In this document: piece after piece, positions 19,559-31,569 of the stretch | How the letters are laid out: each line of letters opens with the position of its first letter | How positions within the stretch are numbered: position 1 is the stretch's first letter | Assembly: GCA_028826165.1 (NCBI GenBank) | Contig: JAPDFW010000136.1 | Span: forward strand, 434,001 to 498,000 | Reading direction: 5' to 3' | DNA length: 64,000 bases | Origin: Anaeramoeba ignava BMAN | Taxonomy: Eukaryota; Protista; Anaeramoebae | Notes under the pieces: model-generated | Databases searched by the model: none | The model's input: only the letters and a program-made list of their open reading frames with translations | What the model was told of the DNA's origin: nothing | Made by a program: the position numbers and the translations under genes

Positions 19559-21508
19559 TTAATAATTTGAAGAAGGATTTAAACGAAAATCTAAAAAACT
19601 TGATTCATTTAAAAGAAAGTAATCTTTTGTTTCTTCTAATTCTTGTTTAACAGATGAATTCAAATGAGAAGGGAATTTATCAGTATAAAAAAAATGAATC
19701 AAATTTTCCATTGTTTCAAACGAGTTTCCGCTATAGTCATGCACAGTATCAGATTCGTCATTAACAGACAAAAACATTCCTCGAAATAATTCACTTCTGG
19801 CAATTAAAATGAGTCTGTGAACTTTGATTTTCTTCTCTTCAACTATGATTCCAAAATCCTTTGTATCATTTGATTTGTAAAGCCGAATATAATCTTTGAG
19901 AAGAGAATGTTTAGGTCTGCTTGGATTTGTCCAGCCCTTGGGAATAAGCTTTGCATTCTCAAGCACGCTGATAAAATCCAAATACTCAGTTGATCCAAAA
20001 GGAATAAAAGCAGAATAAACAAATTCCATAAATCTCGAAACAGTCACTATTGGGAAATTGGAGAATATTTGCATCATCTCCTGCATTTTTTCTTTGTCTT
20101 TAAATACTGGGAGCCTGAATTCCAAAATCAATTTATGGGCGTAAATGGATCCATCTTTACATTTAATCTGATAGTCTGTAAATTCACCTTTTTGGAACAA
20201 TTTAAGAAAATCCTGTTGAAAAGAAGAATAAGAAGAAATAAATTGCAGAGTTTGATCTTTGGGATAGAAATCTTCTTCTAAACGGCGAGGAAGATCAAAA
20301 GATAACAAAAGCTTGAAAATTTTGAGGTTTTTTTTTTTGAGCAAATCTTGGAAAATATAAATCAAACTTTTGGATTTTTTAATTTCAAAATCCAATTGTT
20401 TTTTAAGCAGTAGTTTCATTATAGACTTTGAATTATTGTTATAAGCAATGTTTAGAAGATTTCTATTCAAAGAATAATGGGAATTTATCTGTGTATCAGC
20501 GTTATTTTTCAATAAAAATTTGATACAATTTAAAGAAGCATTATGTTTTATTGCAAAATAAATTGGAGTTTTAGATCGATATGTTTGAGAATTTACATTT
20601 GTGCCTTTCTTAATCAATATCTGCAACATTTCTAGGCTAGGTTTCTTTTTACAGACTTGATGAATCAACTGGTTTCCCTTGCGAGCTGTATAGTAAATAG
20701 ATGCACGATGATCAATTAGAAAGTTGAAAATATCGATTGAACTCTTTTTGAAACTCAAATAAAAAATTGGAGATAAAAAATTTGAATCCTGAATATTAAC
20801 ATCAGCTCCATTTTCCACAAGAAATTTAATCAGCGAGAATTGGGAGTTGGAACACAAATAATGAAGAGGGGTTTTCCCACTTTTATCTTTAAGATTCAAA
20901 TTTGGATGATATTTGAAAAGTAAGTGAATTTTTGCGGATAAATCATTTGGATTGGAACAGCAAAGATGATGCAAAGGAGTTTTTTTGGTATCATCAATAA
21001 AGTTCACGTTTGCGCCTTTTTCTAATAAAAACTCGATCACATCAAGATCTGCTTGGTTTTGACAAGCAGCAATTAAAGAAGTTTTTGTTTGGAAAATAAT
21101 CTGATCAATTGGAAAATTTGGGCCGATGAATAATTTGATTAAATCCAAATTCGACTTTTGATTAAATAAATGGAAAACTGGCAATTTTGAAGATTTATCA
21201 ACAATTTTTGGATCAGCTCCATTTTCAAGTAATAATTTGAGGATTTCAAATTGAGGGTATTTTTCACAAGCCAAATGAAGTGGATTTTTCCCGAAATCAT
21301 TAACTGCATTTATTTTTGCTCCTGATGAAATCAAGTATGAAATGATCTCAATATTTTTCTGTGTTGCAATGCAAAAATGAAGTGGAGTTTGTGCGTAATT
21401 TCCTTTACAATTAACAGAAGCGCCTTTCAAAACCAATTTTTGGATTTGATCCAAAGTTCCTTGTTGAAAACAAATTTGAAGAAGAGAATTATTCAAAGAA
21501 TTTTGCAT
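19559..21508 (-). CDS. Ankyrin-repeat protein with two C-terminal BTB/POZ domains
   Basis: Intronless. About 10 ankyrin repeats (TPLH/NPLHLAC/GADVN). BTB motifs 'FTDYQIKC..IYAHKLIL' and 'KDFGIIVEEKKIKVHRLILIARSELFRGMF'. First ATG at 21508. Confidence 0.92.
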   Translation of the reverse strand: MQNSLNNSLLQICFQQGTLDQIQKLVLKGASVNCKGNYAQTPLHFCIATQKNIEIISYLISSGAKINAVNDFGKNPLHLACEKYPQFEILKLLLENGADPKIVDKSSKLPVFHLFNQKSNLDLIKLFIGPNFPIDQIIFQTKTSLIAACQNQADLDVIEFLLEKGANVNFIDDTKKTPLHHLCCSNPNDLSAKIHLLFKYHPNLNLKDKSGKTPLHYLCSNSQFSLIKFLVENGADVNIQDSNFLSPIFYLSFKKSSIDIFNFLIDHRASIYYTARKGNQLIHQVCKKKPSLEMLQILIKKGTNVNSQTYRSKTPIYFAIKHNASLNCIKFLLKNNADTQINSHYSLNRNLLNIAYNNNSKSIMKLLLKKQLDFEIKKSKSLIYIFQDLLKKKNLKIFKLLLSFDLPRRLEEDFYPKDQTLQFISSYSSFQQDFLKLFQKGEFTDYQIKCKDGSIYAHKLILEFRLPVFKDKEKMQEMMQIFSNFPIVTVSRFMEFVYSAFIPFGSTEYLDFISVLENAKLIPKGWTNPSRPKHSLLKDYIRLYKSNDTKDFGIIVEEKKIKVHRLILIARSELFRGMFLSVNDESDTVHDYSGNSFETMENLIHFFYTDKFPSHLNSSVKQELEETKDYFLLNESSFLDFRLNPSSNY

Positions 21509-21594
21509 TTTAAGAAAAGAAAAAATGAAAACCAAAACTAAAATTTTTTTCATTTGCTTTTTTTTCAATTGAAATTTTATTTGAATTTTTTCTT

Positions 21595-24500
21595 TTAGTT
21601 TTTTTTCGCTTCAAATTGAAATGAACGTTCAAACATTTCAGTTTCATCAAAAACATTCGAAACTGAAGATTCTATAAACTGTCTAATCTCTTTAACAGGC
21701 TGAAAAAAATAAGGGAACTGTTGATATTGTTGGATTGTTTCGATCACTTTCGAAATTTTTCGACATTTTTCAAAATTGACAAGTTCTTTGGTTCCATTTT
21801 TTGAGGGAAGTGTATCTTTATTTCCGGAGCCAAGAAACACCAGATCAGTAAAATAAACACCGAGATAAGGGATACAAGGGGGATTTTCGTTTTGGATTGC
21901 GTCTCTGAAACCTTTATAGTTATCTTCAAGCGACATGAGCGAAATAAGTTGTTCGTGAATTCGGAAAATTTTTTCAGGAACAGACTGTGAAATTTATTTT
22001 TTAATACATTTAGATCAAACAAAGATAGAAAGTCAGTGTGAGTTTTTATTTATGCAAATAATTATTTTGGATGGGAACACAAACCTCCCATGTTTTTTTC
22101 AAGCGGTAAATTGGCGAAACCTCAAGTCCTGCAATAATTTCTTGAACCGTATTAAAATTATGGAACTCTCTGCACTTTTTTTCCACTTTTATAAAATATG
22201 TGATTGTCTGGACTCTGTCCCGCAATTTCTCGCATTTAAGTATCTCTGTCGCAGCCCAAAGACCAACCTAAATACAATATAAATACCGGTTGTTATTTTT
22301 TTTTAAGCGCAAATCGTGTTGAAAAAAAATGCAAACTTGATTGAAAAATTTGGTAAATTTCACAATGTTTGGAGACCGAATCTCCTTATCTTTTTTCAGC
22401 CATCCTTCTGACAAACACTCCTTCGGTTCGATTGCGCAGAACAAATCAAACTCAATAAGTGTTAATTGGCGAGCAAGTTCTTCGTGATGAATATCGAGTG
22501 TCTTGAAGCTTGTCAATGATTTTGGAAGAATGGGTTTTGGAATTTCCTTCGAAACTGAAATAATCACCTTCTTCTCGCGGCTCTCAAACTGTTTAGCAAT
22601 CATACTTTTCACATGCTGTGCTGGTTTCTTGAAAATTTCAAGCTCGATCGCTTCATCCAAGAAATTCGATATTTCTTTTTGAAGTGATGGATCGTTTGTG
22701 AAATCATAAAAATGAGATTTGATCCATTGATTTATAATGCTGATGATTCTGTGTGTTTGTTTTGATTCCCCATGTTTGGATGTTTTGTTTCAAATTGTTT
22801 ATATTTTAATCGGTTCGCAATAATTTTGATTTTTGATTGTTTTTTTTATTTTTATTTTTTTTACTTTAAACGAGTGATATTTTGTTTTTTATGGAAATTT
22901 TCTTGTTCGTGATTATCGAGATATCTTGAAGGTTGCTCATAAAATCTTTGAATTAATAAATTAAGAAATTCAGTTGGTGTTGAAAAAGAACGATAAGTTA
23001 ATAAAAATTGTTTCAAATAAGCAGGATCTAAAAAAGTGGAACAAAAATGAAAAAAATCAATAAAAAATCAAAAATCAAAAAAATCAATAAAAAATCAATA
23101 AAAAATTGTTTTTTTCTTTAAAAACCTGTAGCACTTTCTTTCGTAAGCAATTTAACTAACATTTGAACAGTTCCTGCTCTAACATGCCATTTATTTTTTT
23201 CGGGATCAAATATTATTATAATATCTTCTTCTGAATCTTCTTTATCCAAAAAATCTTGGCCATAATTAGTTTCATCTTCCATCATAAAATCTAAAATTTA
23301 AATCAAAAAAAAATTTAAATCAAAAAAATTTTTAAATCAAAAAAAATTTAAATCCAATTTTTACGTGTTGAAGAAACACTTTTACGAAGTAAATTAGTCC
23401 AGCATTGATCAGTTAAAAATCGGTCTTTTGTTTCTGTAGATCGAGGTTCCATACTTTGAGAAATTTGAGAAATTGTTTCAAAAGGAATTAATGGGATATT
23501 TTTCAATTGATTTTGAATATTTTCATTTTTTGGTGAAGAATATTGCTTTTTGTTTTTGAATATTAAATTTTAAATTTATTTCATTTTAATTATTTTGGAT
23601 ATTAAATTTTAAATTCATTTCATTTTAATTTTAAATTTTAAATTTATTTCATTTTAATTTTGGATATTATATTTTAAATTTATTTCATTTTAATTTTGGA
23701 TATTAAATTTTAAATTTATTTCATTTTAATTTTGGATATTAAATTTTAAATTCATTTTGATTTTGGATATTATATTTTAAATTTATTTCATTTTAATTAT
23801 TTTGGATATTAAATTTTAAATTCATTTCATTTTAATTTTAATTTTGAATTTATTTCATTTTAATTTTGGATATTAAATTCATTTCATTTTAATTTTGGAT
23901 ATTATATTTTAAATTTATTTCATTTTGATTTTAATTTTGAATATTGATTTTGATTCTACTTTATTAAAAGATCGAAGAAATATCATTATTTGGTTTATTT
24001 GATGAAGTTTAGCAAAATCAACAATTGATTTCCGATCAATTAAAGTTGGATATTTCATGTAAAGTAATGAAATATCATATAAAGAAAGATCTTTTTATTA
24101 TTTTTATTGAATAAATTTTTAAGAATTGCAAAAAAATAATTTTTCTCAAATAAGAAATAAACTAATACCTAAAAAAGGAATACTTGGAAGAGCACATTCC
24201 TTTATTCTTAATCTATATTTTCTATAATTATTTGCAGAAGAAACAAAATGGAATAATTTATTACATTTTCTTCTTTCTGAAATAGTTAAACCCTAAATTT
24301 TCAAAAATAAAAATAGAAACAAGTTTAAAAGAAATTTTAAAATCATAACATGAAAAAGGAAAAAATCAGTATTACTTCCCAAGTTTGTCTTAATCTATAA
24401 ATTTGGTCATTTTGAAGTGCTGAAGAAAGAGCAAAAACTGAAAAGAAATTATTAAGATTATAGCATTCCTATTTTTAGAAGAATATTGAATTAAATTAAA

Positions 24501-27500
24501 TTAAATTAAATTAAATATTTATATTTTGAATTAAATATATATTGAATTAAATTAAATTAAATAGAATATTTATATTGCAAACTTGAATTAAAGAAATAGT
24601 TTTAGAAAGTAATGATGTTCTAGTTTTAATTTTATCATGATTAACAATTTGGAACATTGCCCAATTTCTTAAAGAATCAAAATGATTGAAAGTTTCTTTA
24701 AGAGAAGGACATTTTCATCAAGAATTAATTCTTTTGTCCATTCTTCATTAAGAATTTCAATTCTTGGAATATTTGAAAAAAGTTCCATTTGATAGATTGA
24801 TAATTGCATAGCAAACTCTTTTGGAGAAATATCTGCAAGTTCAAGTGGTTTTAGATTTTCGAGTGATTTTATTGATTCTTTTGATATTGAAAGATTGTTA
24901 AAAGGTTTCTTAATGTTTTTATTTTTATTATTATTTGAATGAATAATTTTGAAACATCAATTTTTTTTTACGATTGTTTTACAATTGATTCTAATCGAAC
25001 TTGTAATTGTTGTGCTGCTTTATCATATTCTTTTTTTAATTCATTTATAAATTTTTGAGTTTCTTCTAATAAAATAGGAGAATCTTGAAAATCCATAGGA
25101 TAACATTTGATCCATTCTAATAAAGCTTGAATTACTCTATTATTTTTAAATTTCATTATAAATTTTAATATAAATTTCCAAATAAATTTCAATATAAATT
25201 TTAATATAAATTTTAATATAAATTTTAATATAAATTTTAATATTAATTTTAATATAAATTTTAATATAAATTTTAAAATTAATTTTAATATAAATTTTAA
25301 TATAAATTTTAAAATTAATTTTAATATAAATTTTAATATTGATTTCAATATAAATTTCCAAATAAATTTTAATATAAATTCCAAATAAATTTCCAAATAA
25401 ATTTTAATATAAATTTTAATATAAATTTTAATATAAATTTTAATATAAATTTTAATATAAATTTTAATATAAATTTTAATATAAATTTTAATATAAATTT
25501 TAATATTAATTTTAATATAAATTTCCAAATAAATTTTAATATAAATTTCAATATTAATTTTAATATTAATTTTAATATAAATTTCAAATAAATTTTAATA
25601 TAAATTTTAATATAAATTTTAATATAATTTGAAATAAATTTTAATATAAATTTTAATATTAATTTTAATATAAATTTTAATATAAATTTTAATATAAATT
25701 TCCAAATAAATTTTAATATAAATTTCCAAATAAATTTTAATATAAATTCTAATATAAATTTTAATATAAATTTCCATATAAATTTTAATATAAATTTTTA
25801 ATATAAATTTTAATATAAATTTTAATATAAATTTCAAAATAAATTTTAATATAAATTTTAATATAATTTTAAAATAAATTTTAATATAAATTTTAATATA
25901 AATTTCCAAATAAATTTTTAATATAAATTTTAATATAAATTTCCAAATAAATTTTAATATAAATTTTAAAATAAATTTTAATATAAATTTTAATATAAAT
26001 TTCAAATAAATTTCCAAATAAATTTCCAAATAAATTTCCAAATAAATTTTAATATTGATTTTAATATTGATTTTAATATAAATTTTAATATAAATTTGAA
26101 TATAAATTTTAATTTAAATTTTAATATAAATTTTAATATAAATTTTAATATAAATTTGAATATAAATTTTAATATAAATTTTAATATAAATTTTAATATA
26201 AATTTTAATATAAATTTGAATATAAATTTTAATTTAAATTTTAATATAAATTTCAATATAAATTTTAATATAAATTTTAATATAAATTTTAATATAAATT
26301 TTAATATAAATTTCAAATAAATTTCCAAATAAATTTTAATATAAATTTTAATATAAATTTTAATATAAATTTTAATATTAATTTTAATATAAATTTGAAT
26401 ATAAATTTTAATATAAATTTCATTATAAATTTTAATATAAATTTTAATATAAATTTCCAAATAAATTTCCAAATAAATTTCCAAATAAATTTCCAAATAA
26501 ATTTCCAAATAAATTTTAATATAAATTTTAATATAATTTTAATATAAATTTTATTATAAATTTTAATATAAATTTTAATATAAATTTTAATATAAATTTT
26601 AATATAAATTTCCAAATAAATTTTAATATAAATTTTAATATAAATTTTAATATAAATTTTAATATAAATTTTAATATAAATTTTAATATAAATTCCAAAT
26701 AAATTTTAATATAAATTTTAATATAAATTTTAATATAGATTTTAATATAAATTTTAATATAAATTTTAATATAAATTTTAATATAAATTTTAATATAAAT
26801 TTTAATATAAATTTCAATATAAATTTTAATATAAATTTTAATATAAATTCCAAATAAATTTCCAAATAAATTTTAATATAAATTTTAATATAAATTTTAA
26901 TATAAATTTTAATATAAATTTTAATATAAATTTTAATATAAATTTTAATATAAATTTCCAAATAAATTTCCAAATAAATTTCCAAATAAATTTTAATATA
27001 AATTTTAATATAAATTTCAATATAAATTTCCAAATAAATTTTAATATAAATTTCCAAATAAATTTCCAAATAAATTTCCAAATAAATTTAATATAAATTT
27101 TAATATAAATTTTAATATAAATTCAAATAAATTTTAATATAAATTTCAATATAATTTTTAATATAAATTTTAATATAAATTTCCAAATAAATTTTAATAT
27201 AAATTTGAATATAAATTTTAATATAAATTTCAATATAATTTTTAATATAAATTTTAATATAAATTTTAATATAAATTTTAATATAAATTTTAAAATAAAT
27301 TTCCAAATAAATTTCCAAATAAATTTCCAAATAAATTTCCAAATAAATTTAATATAAATTTCAATATAAATTTTAATATAAATTTGAAAATAAATTTTAA
27401 AATAAATTTTAATATAAATTTTAATATAAATTTTAATATAAATTTTAATATAAATTTTAATATAAATTTTAATATAAATTTCCAAATAAATTTTAATATA

Positions 27501-27905
27501 ATTTTAATATAAATTTGAAATTAACCGAAGCTTTGTTGGTTGGATCTGAGTTGCTCGAAAATAATGTAATTCCAAATTATTTCTTGATATTTGAGGTGGT
27601 GGTTTCATATGAAATCTATTCTTTAAATGGTTTAATAATTGATGAGAAGACATAAGACAAGGATAAACCATAAAAAATTCTTTCATAAAATTATAATCAG
27701 GATAATTTCGAAAAGTTAATCTTTTAATTAATTCAGGAATAGTTGCAGATTCAATAATTTGTGCACCTAAATATTCAGATAAAGTTGTTGGAGGTTTTGG
27801 TAAAGGTTTATATTTTTTAGGTGATTGATTTTCATTTTGATTTTGATTTTGATTTTGATTTTGATTTTGATTTTGATTTTGATTTTGATTTTGATTTTGA
27901 TTCAT
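21595..27905 (-). CDS. Ras guanine-nucleotide exchange factor with tandem REM-CDC25-REM-CDC25 architecture
   Basis: REM1 '[23 protein letters not shown]'. CDC25-1 '[32 protein letters not shown]'. REM2 '[32 protein letters not shown]'. CDC25-2 '[45 protein letters not shown]'. About 11 GT-AG introns; one frame break near 24713. Confidence 0.88.
25137..27525 (-). repeat. 2.4 kb RasGEF intron made of a 12-bp minisatellite (aaattttaatat and variants)
   Basis: GT-AG termini join 'TKLR|VIQALLEW'; the interior is tandem 12-mers. Confidence 0.92.
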
Positions 27906-28187
27906 AATAATAATAATAATAAAAAAAAAAAGAAAAATGAAAAAAAAATAATTTGTTTTTAAAAAAAAAATAAAATTAAAAAATAGAAAAATAAACTTGT
28001 TAAAAGTTTTGGAAAGAATGAATTTCATTTCTTAAACGACGGGGATAAGAGAAAAAATCCAAAAAGAAAAAAAAAAAAGATGTGAAGTAACACAAACATC
28101 ACTTCCAAAAAGCAATTTCAGAAAAAGAAAGTAAGTAAAGAAAAAAAAAAGAAAAAGAAATCAAAAAAAAAAGGAGGTGCAAGAAGC

Positions 28188-29113
28188 TTAATAGTCATCG
28201 TCGTATTGTTGATCATCACCATAATCTTGTTGGTCACCATAGTCTTGTTGGTCACCATAATCTTGTTGGTCACCATAATCTTGATCTTGTGCTTGTTGTT
28301 GTTGTTCAGCTTGTAATTGTTCTTCACTCTTTGGTTCTCTGTAAACAGCTCCAGATTTTTGGATGCTCTTATCAGCAGCTAAATTAAAAATTTAAATTAA
28401 AAAATTAATATTTAAAAATTAAAAATTAATGATTTAAAAAATTTTCCGTTAACAAATTAAAAAATAATAAACAAAAAGAAAAAAAAAAAAAAGCAAAAAT
28501 TTTTTTTTTAAATTTTTTTTTGCTTTTTTTAATTAATTTTAATTTACTTTCTCCATGTTCGCTGACATTTGGATAATGTGCATTGCAGTATGGTTTTCCA
28601 TCAAGAGCTCTGTATGATCTCATAGTCAAAACTGTTCCACAAACTGTGCATTTGAAGCATCTCTTGTGATATTCTCGGCCCAGTGCAGAAATGAAAATGA
28701 AAATCAAAATGAAAATAAAAATAAAAATGATCAAAAAAAACGTAATAAAAAAGATAAGCCTTTTGTTTTATAAAAAAAGAAAAAATTAAAAACAAAATTT
28801 TAAACACTTATAGATTGCGAGTTTCTCTTTTTCGTAAACCTAATTTAAATAAATTAAATTAAAAAGAAAAAAAAATATTTAAAATATAAAAATTAGTAAA
28901 ATTGGTTCAAATTTAATAAAAATTTTTATTAATATTTATTTTTATTATTTAATTTTTCATTTTAAAAAAAATAAATCATAAAACAAAAAAAAAAAAGCAA
29001 AAAAAAAATTTTTTTAATATTTTTCAATTTATATTATATTTATATTAATATTTTTATTATTTAATTATTTAATTATTTACTGTTTTTCCGCAAAAGTAAC
29101 ACTTGTAAGACAT
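28188..29113 (-). CDS. Small single-LIM-domain protein (LASP/CRP-like LIM) with a (QDYGDQ)n acidic tail
   Basis: Exons 29113-29081, 28839-28812, 28682-28548, 28378-28188 give MSYKCYFCGKT|VYEKEKLAI-L|GREYHKRCFKCTVCG..DGKPYCNAHY.. with C-x2-C-x17-H spacing. Intron 2 is AT-AC. Confidence 0.9.
28683..28811 (-). other. Non-canonical AT-AC spliceosomal intron (ATAAGT...TGCAC), 129 nt
   Basis: Removing it restores exact LIM spacing; retaining it gives an in-frame TAA. Confidence 0.78.
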
Positions 29114-29191
29114 TTTTTTTTTTTATTATTATTAAAGAAAAGAAATGAAAAAAAAAATGATTTTAAAAAAATTTTTTTTTTAAATTAAAAT

Positions 29192-29222
<31 letters not shown>

Positions 29223-30014
29223 AACTTGCAGGCAAAAAAATTTAAATTAAAAAATCAATTTAAGTTTTAATTGTAATTATAATTTAAAATTTATTTTAAA
29301 ATTAATTTAAAACCCAAATTAAAAAAATTTTTTTTTTCTTAATTTTTTAAATTAAAATTTAAATTAAAAAACGATCATCAAAAAAAATAAAAAATAAAAA
29401 TAAAAATAAAAATAAAATAAGTAAAAAAAAATCTCTTATTGTTATATTAAAAACCAATCCCTCTTTAAAAAACCTTCAGTCATAAAAAAATTTTAATTAA
29501 ATTGAAATAAATCAATTTTAATTACGATCAGTTTAAAAATTAATTTAAATTTTAATAAATTCTTAAATAAAAAAAATTTTCAATTATTTTTTTAATTAAA
29601 AACACCCTCAAATAAAAATCCATTTTTTTTTTATAATTCATTTTTATAATTCATTTTTAATTTATTTTATTTTATTAAATTAATTTAAAAAAATTTTTTT
29701 TTCTTTTTTTTTTTTTTTGCTTTTATTCTTTATTTTTAAAATTAAATCGAAAAAAATATTTCTTTTCTTATTTTAAACCTTTTAAAACCTTTCTAATATT
29801 TTTTTTTATTAAAAATTAATTAATTTTCTTAAAGAAAATTTAAATAAAAAAAAAATAAAAAAACAAAACTTAAAAAAATGAGTTTTTCTCTTTTTTTTTC
29901 ATTTTAATAAGCCAATAATTTTAATTTAAATTTTAATTTAATAAATTATAAAGAAGATAAAACATAGATCAATAAAAGAAATCTTTTTTTAATTATTTTT
30001 TTTTTTCAAGAGAA

Positions 30015-31494
30015 GTAAATTTAATTTTTATCCGATTTTCAATTCATCAATATTTAATAATAAATCTAATTTAATTAATTAATATTTAATAATAAATTTA
30101 ATCTAATTCATTAATAATAAATTCAATTTAATTTTTATCCGATTTTCAATTCATTAATATTTAATAATAAATTTAATTTAATTAATTAATATTTAATAAT
30201 AAATTTAATAAATAATATTTTATCCGATTTTCAATTCATCAATATTTAATAATAAATCTAATTCAATTCATTAATATTTAATAATTAATTTAATAAATAA
30301 TATTTTATCCGATTTTCAATTCATCAATATTTTATCCGATTTTCAATTCATTAATATTTAATAATAAATTTAATTAATAATAAATTTAATTCTAATTAAT
30401 ATTTAATAATAAATCTAATTCAATATTTAATAATAAATTTAATCTAATTAATAATATTTTTATCCGATTTTCAATTCATCAATATTTAATAATAAATCTA
30501 ATTTAATATTTAATAATAATTTAATTCATTAATATTTAATAATAAATTTAATTTAATTCATTTAAATTTAATTAATTCAATTCAATAATATTCTAATAAT
30601 TAATATTTAATAATAAATTTAATATTTTATCCGATTTTTTCAATTCATTAAATTTAATAATTAAATTTAATAATAAAATCTAATTAAATTATTTAATAAT
30701 AAATTTAATTTAATAAATTTAATTTAATTCATTAATATTTAATAATAAATTTATCCATTAAATTTAATTTATTAATATTTAATAATAAATTTAATTTAAT
30801 TCATTAATATTTAATAATAAATAAATTTAATTCAATTTTAATAAATCTAATTTATTAATATTTAATAATAAATTTAATTCAATTCATTAATATTTAATAA
30901 TAAATTTAATTTAATTAATTAATATTTAATAATAAATTTAATTTAATTAATTAATATTTAATAATAAATTTAATTAATAATATTTTATCCGATTTTCAAT
31001 TCATCAATATTTAATATTTAATTAAAATTAAATTTTAATTTATTTAAGATTTAATAATAAATTTAATTCAATTAATTAATATTTAATAATAAATTTAATT
31101 CAATTCATTAATATTTAATAAATTTTAAATTTTAATTCAATTAAATTAATTAATATTTAATAATAAATTTAATAAATAATATATTTTAATACTAATTTTC
31201 AATTCATTAATATTTAATAATAAATAATTTATCCGATTTTCAATTCATTAATATTTTAATAATTAAATTTAATCAATTTATTAATTTAATAAATTTAATT
31301 TAATTAATTAATTTAATATTTTAATATTTTAAATTTTTTAATTTAATTAATTAATATTTAATATTAAATTTAATTCAATTCATTAAGATTTAATAATAAA
31401 TTTAATTCAATTCATTAATATTTAATAATAAATTTAATTTAATTCATTAATATTTAATAATAAATTTAATTTAATTAATTAATAATATTTTAAG
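30015..31494 (+). repeat. Nearly AT-only degenerate repeat array with a recurring 'tatccgattttcaattca' motif, bounded by GTAAAT...TAAG
   Basis: About nine copies of the tatccgattttcaattca motif within ttaatatttaataataaattt units. Confidence 0.8.
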
Positions 31495-31569
31495 TTATTT
31501 GGTTTGTTTTTGGAGTGATCATTTTATTTTCTTAAAAAAATTTATTTTTCTTTATAAACTAAAAAATTC

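Noticed and set aside
28020-28130. GC-richer patch with a small hairpin downstream of the LIM gene
   Set aside because: No convincing tRNA, snoRNA or SECIS hallmarks; most likely LIM 3' UTR.
30015-31494. Spaced recurring motif resembling a CRISPR array
   Set aside because: Spacing is irregular, the intervening sequence is itself repetitive, the context is eukaryotic, and no cas genes are present.
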